Virus record (IMG/VR): IMGVR_UViG_3300027708_000016
Reading direction: 5' to 3' (one strand)
DNA: 64,000 bases
From: a virus
Lineage: Duplodnaviria; Caudoviricetes
The position numbers and the translations under genes are program-made. Positions 48,343 to 56,926 of the stretch are shown piece after piece (within the stretch, counting starts at the first letter, position 1; each line of letters begins with the position of its first letter). The notes below the pieces were generated by a model. That model saw nothing but the letters and a program-made list of their open reading frames with translations, was not told the origin of the DNA and did not search any database.

Positions 48343-48755
48343 TAGTAATTTCTCATAGAGGGAATACTACTGGCCCAGTTAAACAAACCGAAAATCGACC
48401 CCAAACAATTCAACCTTTATTGGATAAAAATATCCACGTGGAAATTGATGTTTGGTTAATAGGTGACAGTTTTTTCTTGGGTCATGATGACCCTTTATAT
48501 AAAACCGATATAAAATTTTTATTACAAAAAAATCTCTGGTGTCATGCAAAAAACTTAAAATCATTAGAAGAAATGTTAAAACACGATATTAATTGTTTTT
48601 GGCATGAAAACGATAAACACACTTTAACATCTAATGGTTATATTTGGACTTATCTTAATCAAAAAACATGTGATAAATCCATAATAGTTGATTTATCAAA
48701 AAACTGGAAAGAAAAAAATTATAATTGCTATGCCATTTGTGTTGATTACTTGTAA
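48339..48755 (+). CDS. PLC/GDPD-like phosphoesterase
   Basis: ISHRGN, EN, VEIDVW, LGHD, WCHAKN; overlaps the RuBisCO-like stop (ATGA). Confidence 0.72.
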   Translation: MIVISHRGNTTGPVKQTENRPQTIQPLLDKNIHVEIDVWLIGDSFFLGHDDPLYKTDIKFLLQKNLWCHAKNLKSLEEMLKHDINCFWHENDKHTLTSNGYIWTYLNQKTCDKSIIVDLSKNWKEKNYNCYAICVDYL

Positions 48756-48776
48756 AAACAATTTATAATTAGGTAA

Positions 48777-50585
48777 ATGAAAAAAGTTCAATTTAATTCT
48801 GTAAAAATACAAAATTTTCTTTCCGTTGGTAAAGATCCATTAACAATTGATTTTCAAAACGGCATTAATCTCATCACTGGAGAGAATAAAGACAAGGGTG
48901 GCAAGAATGGAATAGGGAAAAGCTCCATTCTTGAAGCCATTTACTGGTGTTTATTTGGTAATACCATTCGTGATATCAAAAACGATAAGATAATTCACAA
49001 TCTTAGCAAGAAAGATTGCAAGGTTTCATTAAACTTTGAGGTTGTTACCGAAAAACACGTAACTCCATACACTATAGAAAGATCTTTAGAACCAAGTAAG
49101 GTTACTATTACTGCACATAATCAACAAAGAGACATTGATATGACTCTTTCTACCATGCCAGAGACCAATTCCTTCATTAAAGAATTACTTGGGGCAACCG
49201 AAGAAGTGTTCCAGAATGCTGTTATCATGTCTGCGAACAATACAGTGCCGTTTATGGCTCAAAAGAAGACCGATAAAAGAAAATTCATCGAAGGAATTCT
49301 TAATCTTAACATCTTTAGTGACATGTTGCTAAAGGCAAGAGGAGATTATAATGATTTTAAAAAACAAAATGACTCGTTGAGTAGTAATTTTATTACGCTT
49401 CAAAGAAATTTAAGCACTTTTGAAGATCAGAAAGCAAATGCAGAAACAAAAAAACAAGAAAAAATAGATGCATTTAATTCTCGCATTAGAGATAATGAAA
49501 AAATCATAGAACAATTAAATAACACAACCCTTCCTAGTTTAAATGAAGTTAATGACGGCATACAAAAGCTAGAAGAAAAACGCACTGCACTAAAAAGTTG
49601 CATTAAAGCTTTTAATATAACAAGGTCAGATCTTATAAAAAAAAGTTCAGATCTTTCCGCTGAGATAAGACAATTAGAAAAAGAAAAACAAAAGATAATC
49701 GACAAAGGTGGAACATGTCCAACATGTAATAGAGACTATTGTGTTGAAGACCTTGAAGCTGTTAAGCAAAGATTAAAAGATATTGCTACCAATATATCAA
49801 ATCTTGCTACCGAATCATTCACCATTAATAGTGAAAAGATTGATTGGGACGATAAGATCGAAGAAGCAGAAGATGGAGTTGAAAAAATCAATGGTAAAAT
49901 CAGAATTTTGGATCAATCAAAGTCAGATATCAAAATTAACAATCAAAAAATAACTAATTGTGAAAGTAATATTAAAGATTGTTTGAAATGGATCGAAGAT
50001 ACTAAGATAGATGATCCATCAATTGATTTAAATGTTCAAAATACCAAAAAAGAAATTGAAAACACTCAAATAGAACTAACAAAAGTTAAAAAAGAAATGG
50101 CGATAGTAGAAGCTGCCAAATTTATTGTCTCCGAGGAGGGTGTTAAAACGTATATTGTTAAGAAAATGCTTACGTTACTTAACAAGAAGCTTAATTACTA
50201 CCTCAAAGAACTTGATACTCCATGTAAATGTGAGTTCAATGATATGTTTGAAGAAACTATTATCAACGAAACTGGTAAAGAATGTTCATATTTCAATTTT
50301 AGTGGGGGAGAAAGAAAAAGAATTGATGTTGCTGTGTTGTTTATGTTTCAAGATCTCTTGAGAAGCCAAACTGGAACCTCATATTCGTTAAACATCTATG
50401 ATGAAATGATTGATTCTGCCCTTGATCAGCAAGGAACTGATAAAATTATTGGTTTACTTAAAGAAAAGGTTACAAAATACGATGAGTCTGTTTACATAGT
50501 CAGTCATAAAGCATCAGATATGGCAAGAATTGATAATGTTTTATTGTTAGAAAAAGAAAATGGTGTTACAAAAATAGTTAGTTGA
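48777..50585 (+). CDS. gp46: Recombination ATPase gp46 (Rad50/SbcC-like)
   Basis: GKNGIGKS, zinc hook CPTC, FSGGERKR, IYDEMIDSALD, VSH. Promoter at 48742-48769. Confidence 0.95.
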   Translation: MKKVQFNSVKIQNFLSVGKDPLTIDFQNGINLITGENKDKGGKNGIGKSSILEAIYWCLFGNTIRDIKNDKIIHNLSKKDCKVSLNFEVVTEKHVTPYTIERSLEPSKVTITAHNQQRDIDMTLSTMPETNSFIKELLGATEEVFQNAVIMSANNTVPFMAQKKTDKRKFIEGILNLNIFSDMLLKARGDYNDFKKQNDSLSSNFITLQRNLSTFEDQKANAETKKQEKIDAFNSRIRDNEKIIEQLNNTTLPSLNEVNDGIQKLEEKRTALKSCIKAFNITRSDLIKKSSDLSAEIRQLEKEKQKIIDKGGTCPTCNRDYCVEDLEAVKQRLKDIATNISNLATESFTINSEKIDWDDKIEEAEDGVEKINGKIRILDQSKSDIKINNQKITNCESNIKDCLKWIEDTKIDDPSIDLNVQNTKKEIENTQIELTKVKKEMAIVEAAKFIVSEEGVKTYIVKKMLTLLNKKLNYYLKELDTPCKCEFNDMFEETIINETGKECSYFNFSGGERKRIDVAVLFMFQDLLRSQTGTSYSLNIYDEMIDSALDQQGTDKIIGLLKEKVTKYDESVYIVSHKASDMARIDNVLLLEKENGVTKIVS

Positions 50586-50614
50586 TAAACTGACACAAAT
50601 TTATAAATTTACAT

Positions 50615-51943
50615 ATGGCATTAAAGTTAAAGCAACAACCTAAACCGCAGATTGCAACACAAGAATTGGCAAATGATAAGATAACATATCAATACAATCC
50701 AGTTTTTACAGGCATTCCAAATGCTCCTCATGGAATGCCGCAAGGGATGCCAGTTTATTCCCATGTGCAAATGAATCCTATCAAGTTTCCGTCACCCGCG
50801 CCGCTTGAAATGCCAGAAAGTAACTTACCGAGAGCATTAAACTATTATGCGGACTATGGTGGTTGTGGTTTTTGGAGAATGATTTGGCCCGAATTCATGT
50901 TGAACCAATACCAAAAGGCTTGTATCTCTGGATTAACCTGTATGGTAATGGATATTAGATTTTATCAGGGATTAAAAGCTGTTAGAATGCAAAGACAAGC
51001 TACCCCAATGCAAAGAGACTTCATCAAGGAGCTTAAAAAAGCAAGTGCTCAGATGAATTTTAAATTAATTTATGAAGTTGATGATATCGTGTTCAAGGAT
51101 GACATTCCAGATTATAACCGATGCAAAGATGCATTCTGTGATCAAAATATTATAGACAGTATTTTGGATATCATGAGTATGATGGATGAAATTACCGTTA
51201 CATGTCCATACATGAAGCAATATTACCAAGAAAAGACGGGTAATAAGAGAATTACAGTTATTCCCAACTATCCACCAAAATTTTGGCTTGATAGATTTTA
51301 TGATAAACAAAAAATTGAAAGACTTTACGATCAAAATAAAAAAAGACCTCGTATTCTGTATTCTGGATCTGGTACTCATGTTGATATTCTTAATAGAACA
51401 GGACTTAAGGATGACTTTAAGCATGTTACTGATGCAATTATCAAGGCTCGTAAGAAATTTAAGTTTGTGTGGAAGGGATGTTTTCCTTTAGCACTCAAAC
51501 CATACATCGATAATGGCGATATGGAGTTTATTGATTGGTCACCTTTGCCAGATTACCCCCAAGGTCTTGTTGATACCAATTGTAATGCTGTTTTTGCACC
51601 ATTGATTGATAATGTGTTCAATAAATCAAAAAGTAATATTAAAATGGTTGAGGCAGGAGGATTAGGACTACCTGGCACATATCAAGACATGATTACCTAT
51701 GAAGATTCAGAGTTAAAATTTAAAACTGGTGATGATTTAATCCAACAGTTAGAGTATATCACTTCCGATTTTGATCGATACATGGATCTTTCTGGTAAAG
51801 CAAGAGCATTTACCGATAAACTTTGGTTAGATGATCATATAAATGAATACGAAGCTCTTTATTCAACTGCATGGGGGTCTCCAGAAAGAAAGAAGCTTGC
51901 TCCTAAACTCATCGAACTCAACCCAGATCAAGATAGTGCTTGA
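50615..51943 (+). CDS. GT-B glycosyltransferase in the replication module
   Basis: DYGGCGFWRM, YEVDD, ITVTCPYM, VIPNY, APLIDNVFNKSKSNIKMVE. Promoter at 50582-50609. Confidence 0.75.
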   Translation: MALKLKQQPKPQIATQELANDKITYQYNPVFTGIPNAPHGMPQGMPVYSHVQMNPIKFPSPAPLEMPESNLPRALNYYADYGGCGFWRMIWPEFMLNQYQKACISGLTCMVMDIRFYQGLKAVRMQRQATPMQRDFIKELKKASAQMNFKLIYEVDDIVFKDDIPDYNRCKDAFCDQNIIDSILDIMSMMDEITVTCPYMKQYYQEKTGNKRITVIPNYPPKFWLDRFYDKQKIERLYDQNKKRPRILYSGSGTHVDILNRTGLKDDFKHVTDAIIKARKKFKFVWKGCFPLALKPYIDNGDMEFIDWSPLPDYPQGLVDTNCNAVFAPLIDNVFNKSKSNIKMVEAGGLGLPGTYQDMITYEDSELKFKTGDDLIQQLEYITSDFDRYMDLSGKARAFTDKLWLDDHINEYEALYSTAWGSPERKKLAPKLIELNPDQDSA

Positions 51944-51974
51944 TTTATGCACCTACATGGTGCATCATTGAATA

Positions 51975-54551
51975 ATGGCTTATAGAAATGTTTATTACGA
52001 CAATAAAAATGAAGTAATACATCTTTTTACTTGGGATAAGGATGGTAAAAGGACAAAAGTGCTATGTTCATATGAACCATATCTTTATATTGAGTCTCAA
52101 AATGGTTGTGATGGCAAATCTATTTTTAATTCTGCACTAAAAAAGGTTAAATTCAATAATCAAAGAGCAAGAAACAAGTTTGTAGAGGAAACCCCGATTG
52201 AAAGACTTTTTCATAATCTTGGAACCGATCAACAGTTCCTTCTTGATAATTTTAAGAACGATGTAGACAAAGAAGATTATGGTAAACAACCATTAAAGAT
52301 CTTTTACATTGATATTGAGACATATTCTGATGGTACTGGATTCTCCAAAGCATCCGATGCTAACGATCCAATCAATTTAATTACAATTTATGATTCTCTC
52401 AGTGAAATATATTACACTTTTGGATGCAATAACTATGCAACACAAGAAGAAAATGTAAAATACATTAAATGTTATTCAGAAAAAGATCTTCTTACACAAT
52501 TTATTAGGTTTTGGAAAAAAGATTATCCTGATATTGTCACTGGGTGGAACATTGATAACTATGATATTCCATATATCATCAATAGAATTACAAAAATTTT
52601 TAATGATGAAGATAAAGCAAAGGAATTGTCACCAGTTGGTAAGTTACAATTCAGGGAAAAGGTTGCAGTTAACAAATTAGGTCAGGCAATTGATCGTTGG
52701 TACATTCATGGTGTTAGTATTTTAGATTACATGGAGGTATATCAGACCTTTTCAATGGGTGATCGTGAGAGTTTCAGCTTGAATTATATTGGTGAATATG
52801 AACTAGACGAAGGAAAGGTTGCAGTTGGTAGTTATTCGCTCTCAAGACTAGCAGATGAAGATTGGATGAAGTTTGTTGACTATAATATTCAAGACGTTCG
52901 CATTTTAATTAAGTTGGAAGAGAAGTTGAAGTATCTAAAGTTGATTCGCAACCTATCATACAGGGGATTTGTTCCCTTTACAAAGGCACTGGCAAAGGTT
53001 TCAGTCATTACGGGTGCGGTTGCACACCAAGCATTAAGAGATGGTTATATAATTCCCACATTTAAAGATGAAAGAATTAAAGTAAAGTTTGCAGGAGGGT
53101 ATGTTTACCAACCCGTGCCAGGTTTATACGATGATCTAGTAACGTATGATGCAAACAGTCTTTATCCCAATACTATTATTACTTTAAATATCTCACCAGA
53201 GACTAAAATTGGTAAAATTACAAATTTTGAAGATGATAAATTTGAAGTAACGTTTTCAAATCATAAAACAATGACGTTTACGGTGGAAAACTTTAAGAAA
53301 TTTGTTTCTGATCAACAACTTTCTATTACCAAAGCAAATATTCTTTATACTCAGAAAGTTAAAGGTGTAGTTCCCAAGCTTATCGACAAGCTTTACAACG
53401 AAAGAATTACAGCAAAGACAAAAATGATGGATGCTGAGAAGAAATTAGCCAAAACAAAAGATCAAAATCAAATAAAAATCTTAGAAGAAGAGGTTAATGA
53501 TAACTATACATTACAGAATGTGTATAAAACTCTTCTAAATTCTATTTATGGTGTATTTTCTAACATTTATTCGCCACTTTTTGACATTGAACATGCCGAA
53601 AGTGTTACTTTAACAGGTCAAAATGTTGTTAAAACGGGTGCAAAGATAGTACATGAGTATGCAGTAAGCAAAGGGTTTGAAGGAGATCTTCATGATATCT
53701 GTGTTTATTCCGATACGGACAGCGTTTATTTTTGTTTTGCTAAATTATTTGCTAAAAATAACATTATTTTAGCAAATAAAGACGGTGAAATAACATCAGA
53801 AGCATCAGAAATGATCAAAGATATTGGAAAACATCTTAATGAAAAGATTAATGAATGGGCAAAACAAGAATTGAAGACGATTGATCCAAGATATTTCTTT
53901 AAAAGGGAAAAAATTTGTGACGTTGCTCTTTTACAAGCAAAAAAATATTATATTCTTCATATTTTAGATAATGAAGGTATTTCAACTAATGAATTTCTAT
54001 ATACTGGAATTGAAGTTGCCACTTCAAAAATCTCAAAGGAGATTAAGGTATTAATTAAATCAATTGTGGAGTCTGCTATTCTATCAAAAGACAGAAAGAA
54101 AGCCAATCAACTATTTCAAAATGGATATGAAGATTTTTGTAGTTTTCCCGTCGATGCGATTGCAATTAGAAAGAGAGTAAACAAATTAAAGGAGTATCAA
54201 GACAAAGTTAAAGATGAACAAGTTGCAAAGGGTACGCAGGGTCACACCAAAGCTGCAATTTACTTTAATATACTACTCAAGAAATTAAATCTTACCAACA
54301 AGTATCATCCAATTCAAACTGGAACTAAATTAAAGGTATTTTATTGCAAGAAGAATAAATTTGGTTATGACGTTTTTGCATTTACCGATGAATTACCAGT
54401 TGAAATTCAAAAATATATTAAACCAGATTACAAAATGATGTTTGAAAAAACTGTCATGCCAGTTGTTACTAAGATTTTTAACATCATTGGGTGGCCCACG
54501 CCTGAGATCGGTTGCGAAGAACATACTGATTTAATTGCATTATTATCATGA
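51975..54551 (+). CDS. gp43: Family B DNA polymerase gp43
   Basis: Exonuclease DIETY, GWNIDNYD and YNIQD; polymerase DANSLYP, KTLLNSIYG and YSDTDS. No intein-sized insert. Confidence 0.97.
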   Translation: MAYRNVYYDNKNEVIHLFTWDKDGKRTKVLCSYEPYLYIESQNGCDGKSIFNSALKKVKFNNQRARNKFVEETPIERLFHNLGTDQQFLLDNFKNDVDKEDYGKQPLKIFYIDIETYSDGTGFSKASDANDPINLITIYDSLSEIYYTFGCNNYATQEENVKYIKCYSEKDLLTQFIRFWKKDYPDIVTGWNIDNYDIPYIINRITKIFNDEDKAKELSPVGKLQFREKVAVNKLGQAIDRWYIHGVSILDYMEVYQTFSMGDRESFSLNYIGEYELDEGKVAVGSYSLSRLADEDWMKFVDYNIQDVRILIKLEEKLKYLKLIRNLSYRGFVPFTKALAKVSVITGAVAHQALRDGYIIPTFKDERIKVKFAGGYVYQPVPGLYDDLVTYDANSLYPNTIITLNISPETKIGKITNFEDDKFEVTFSNHKTMTFTVENFKKFVSDQQLSITKANILYTQKVKGVVPKLIDKLYNERITAKTKMMDAEKKLAKTKDQNQIKILEEEVNDNYTLQNVYKTLLNSIYGVFSNIYSPLFDIEHAESVTLTGQNVVKTGAKIVHEYAVSKGFEGDLHDICVYSDTDSVYFCFAKLFAKNNIILANKDGEITSEASEMIKDIGKHLNEKINEWAKQELKTIDPRYFFKREKICDVALLQAKKYYILHILDNEGISTNEFLYTGIEVATSKISKEIKVLIKSIVESAILSKDRKKANQLFQNGYEDFCSFPVDAIAIRKRVNKLKEYQDKVKDEQVAKGTQGHTKAAIYFNILLKKLNLTNKYHPIQTGTKLKVFYCKKNKFGYDVFAFTDELPVEIQKYIKPDYKMMFEKTVMPVVTKIFNIIGWPTPEIGCEEHTDLIALLS

Positions 54552-54577
54552 AAAAGTTTCCAAATATATCAAAAGCA

Positions 54578-55003
54578 CTAGGATGGGATATCTCTTAAAC
54601 GACCTTTAATAAACTTTTTAAGTGTTTTTGGTTTATCTGGATCATACGGGGGCATTCCTAAATCTTTTCTTAATTTAGCAAACGGATCTTCATTCATTTC
54701 TAAAGTTTTATTTCCATCATCGAAAGTTTGTAAGTGTTTATTTGCAATCTTGGGGTCTAATTCGTTTATAAGTTTATCAAAAAAAGAAATCATTGCTATC
54801 TCGGCATCCTTTTCTGTTATAAAATCATACCCTGATACATATATTTCATCTTTGTCAGAATATTTTATTTTATATTCAACTCTATAGGCAATAAACGATT
54901 TTGATTCATATGTATCACCATCAAAACTAGTTATATTCTTACTGTCAAATGTCGGTGGATTATATAAAATCAAATCTCTATAAGTTTTTTGATATTCTTT
55001 CAT
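54578..55003 (-). CDS. Hypothetical protein (lone opposite-strand insertion)
   Basis: 141-aa ORF filling the gap between gp43 and the next plus-strand gene. Confidence 0.55.
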   Translation of the reverse strand: MKEYQKTYRDLILYNPPTFDSKNITSFDGDTYESKSFIAYRVEYKIKYSDKDEIYVSGYDFITEKDAEIAMISFFDKLINELDPKIANKHLQTFDDGNKTLEMNEDPFAKLRKDLGMPPYDPDKPKTLKKFIKGRLRDIPS

Positions 55004-55058
55004 TATTTTTAATATTTACCCCCTTGCATAATTAATAAGCACTTCTAAATCTTATTAT

Positions 55059-55439
55059 ATGACAACAACAACAGACAAAACAAAACTAACCATAATCCTA
55101 GATTCAGTTGGTCGCACCATTCTTGGTGAGACTGTTGAGGCTACGGATACAACGAAAACCGTAATCAAGAACCCAGTAGTTCTTCACGTAATCCCAGCAG
55201 ACAATCAAGGTAAGATGTCCGTTCAGTTACTACCAATCTTTTTTAGGGAGTTTCTCGCTGATAAGACAGGTGATGTTAACATCACTTATGATAATTCAAG
55301 GATTAGTGTCACCGATATTGATGCTCTTGATTTCCGTCTTCAGGCTCAGTATCTTCAGATGTTTAATCAGAACAATGCTTTTGTTCCTCCAACACCGCAG
55401 CAGGATTCAAGTTCAGTAATTAATCTTTTTGATGAGTAA
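55059..55439 (+). CDS. Hypothetical beta-barrel (Sm/SH3-like) protein
   Basis: Beta-rich sequence with codon bias suggesting high expression; promoter TTGCAT-N16-TAAATC at 55024-55051. Confidence 0.6.
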   Translation: MTTTTDKTKLTIILDSVGRTILGETVEATDTTKTVIKNPVVLHVIPADNQGKMSVQLLPIFFREFLADKTGDVNITYDNSRISVTDIDALDFRLQAQYLQMFNQNNAFVPPTPQQDSSSVINLFDE

Positions 55440-55468
55440 TTCGTAATCTGATCAAAGAAACCAGTAGG

Positions 55469-55503
55469 AAACCCAGAATGTTTTTGACATTCTGGGTTTT
55501 TCT
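55469..55503 (+). terminator. Intrinsic terminator hairpin overlapping the -35 box of the uvsX promoter
   Basis: 13-bp stem aaacccagaatgt / acattctgggttt, 5-nt loop, followed by T residues. TTGACA(55484)-N16-TAATAT(55506). Confidence 0.75.
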
Positions 55504-55518
55504 GTTAATATAGGATAT

Positions 55519-56637
55519 ATGGCTAAAAAGAAAATCGAAGAAATAGATGAAGTTAAAAACGGTAATGTAGAAGATGCATTTAAAGTGCTTTCTGACCTTA
55601 ACCCAGAAGCAGCATTCTTGGATGATGGCAGTCTTTCAAGCGTGAATGAATGGATTGATACAGGATCATACGCTTTAAATGCTATTATATCTGGTTCGCT
55701 TTATGGTGGAGTACCAATGGGAAGACTTACAGGCTTTATTGGACCTGAATCATGTGGTAAAACACTTATGTGTAACAAAGTTATGGCTAATGCACAGAAA
55801 AAAGATATGCATATTGCATATTTTGACACAGAGGGTGCATTGGATGAGAATACAGCAAAGAGACTTGGGTGTGATACATCAAAAATTAAACATGTTCCTA
55901 GTGAAGTGACTGAAAATTGCAGAAATCAAATTGTAAAGTTCCTTGATACGGTTATTGAAAAGGGTTTACACGGTAAAGTACTTCTTGTTATCGATTCTTT
56001 GGGTAATTTAATCACCGCACAAGAGAAAAAGAAGATTGACGAGGGTTCTGACACTCCAGACATGGGAAATCGTGCAAAATCCCTTAAATCAATGATGAGA
56101 GCAATCACACATTCTGCCGCAAAAGCAAATTGTCCTGTGATTTTTACCAATCATATTTATGATGATCCTTCACAACTCCATCCTAGTGCAATTAAGAAGC
56201 AAGCAGGTGGCTCTGGACCCCTTTATATGGCATCTGTAATTGTTCAAATGGCAAAAAAAGCCGAAAGATCGGAAGATAGTAAGAATAAAGATTCAAATGT
56301 AGAAACAACTTTGCTATCAAAGGGTATTAATGGTTTAACATTAAGAGCATTGACCACAAAAAATCGATTTGTTACTCCATTTTTAGAAATTGAGATGTAT
56401 TTGAACTTTAGAACTGGATTAAACAAATATTCTGGTCTTGTTGAAATGGCAGAAGGTTACGGAGTTATTGAAAAAAATGGTCATAGATACGTTTTTAATG
56501 GTGAAAATCTCGGTTTCTTCAAAGAATGGAAAGATGATGAAGCAGTTTGGAATAAAATTCTTCCAAAATTAGAAGAAAAACTTCAAATTGGTCTATCATT
56601 TAAAAATGATTCTGGACAATCTTTAACATTGGAGTAA
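55519..56637 (+). CDS. uvsX: RecA-like recombinase UvsX
   Basis: IDTGSYALN, GPESCGKT, YFDTEGA, VIDSLGNL, GGSGPLYMAS, KNRF. Confidence 0.95.
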   Translation: MAKKKIEEIDEVKNGNVEDAFKVLSDLNPEAAFLDDGSLSSVNEWIDTGSYALNAIISGSLYGGVPMGRLTGFIGPESCGKTLMCNKVMANAQKKDMHIAYFDTEGALDENTAKRLGCDTSKIKHVPSEVTENCRNQIVKFLDTVIEKGLHGKVLLVIDSLGNLITAQEKKKIDEGSDTPDMGNRAKSLKSMMRAITHSAAKANCPVIFTNHIYDDPSQLHPSAIKKQAGGSGPLYMASVIVQMAKKAERSEDSKNKDSNVETTLLSKGINGLTLRALTTKNRFVTPFLEIEMYLNFRTGLNKYSGLVEMAEGYGVIEKNGHRYVFNGENLGFFKEWKDDEAVWNKILPKLEEKLQIGLSFKNDSGQSLTLE

Positions 56638-56646
56638 ATTTATTAT

Positions 56647-56883
56647 ATGATTAATACGACAACAAAAGAAATTATTAGTGGAACAGAAGAAGAACTACTT
56701 GAATACTTCACGAAGAAGTACGACTTAGTTAAAAATGATTCTAATACCGCTCAAACAACCGAAGTAACCGAAACAACTCCTACACAATCTACTTGTTGTG
56801 CAAATAAAGGTGTTCAGGTTGGTAATAAAGTTACTACGGGTATTGGTAATTTGTTCGCAGGGACAACTTGGGGAAACAAATGA
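56647..56883 (+). CDS. Hypothetical protein
   Basis: 78-aa ORF between uvsX and gp41. Confidence 0.5.
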   Translation: MINTTTKEIISGTEEELLEYFTKKYDLVKNDSNTAQTTEVTETTPTQSTCCANKGVQVGNKVTTGIGNLFAGTTWGNK

Positions 56884-56926
56884 TTTATGAGTTGCTTTTG
56901 TGTGAGAAGCAACTTATAATAGTTTA

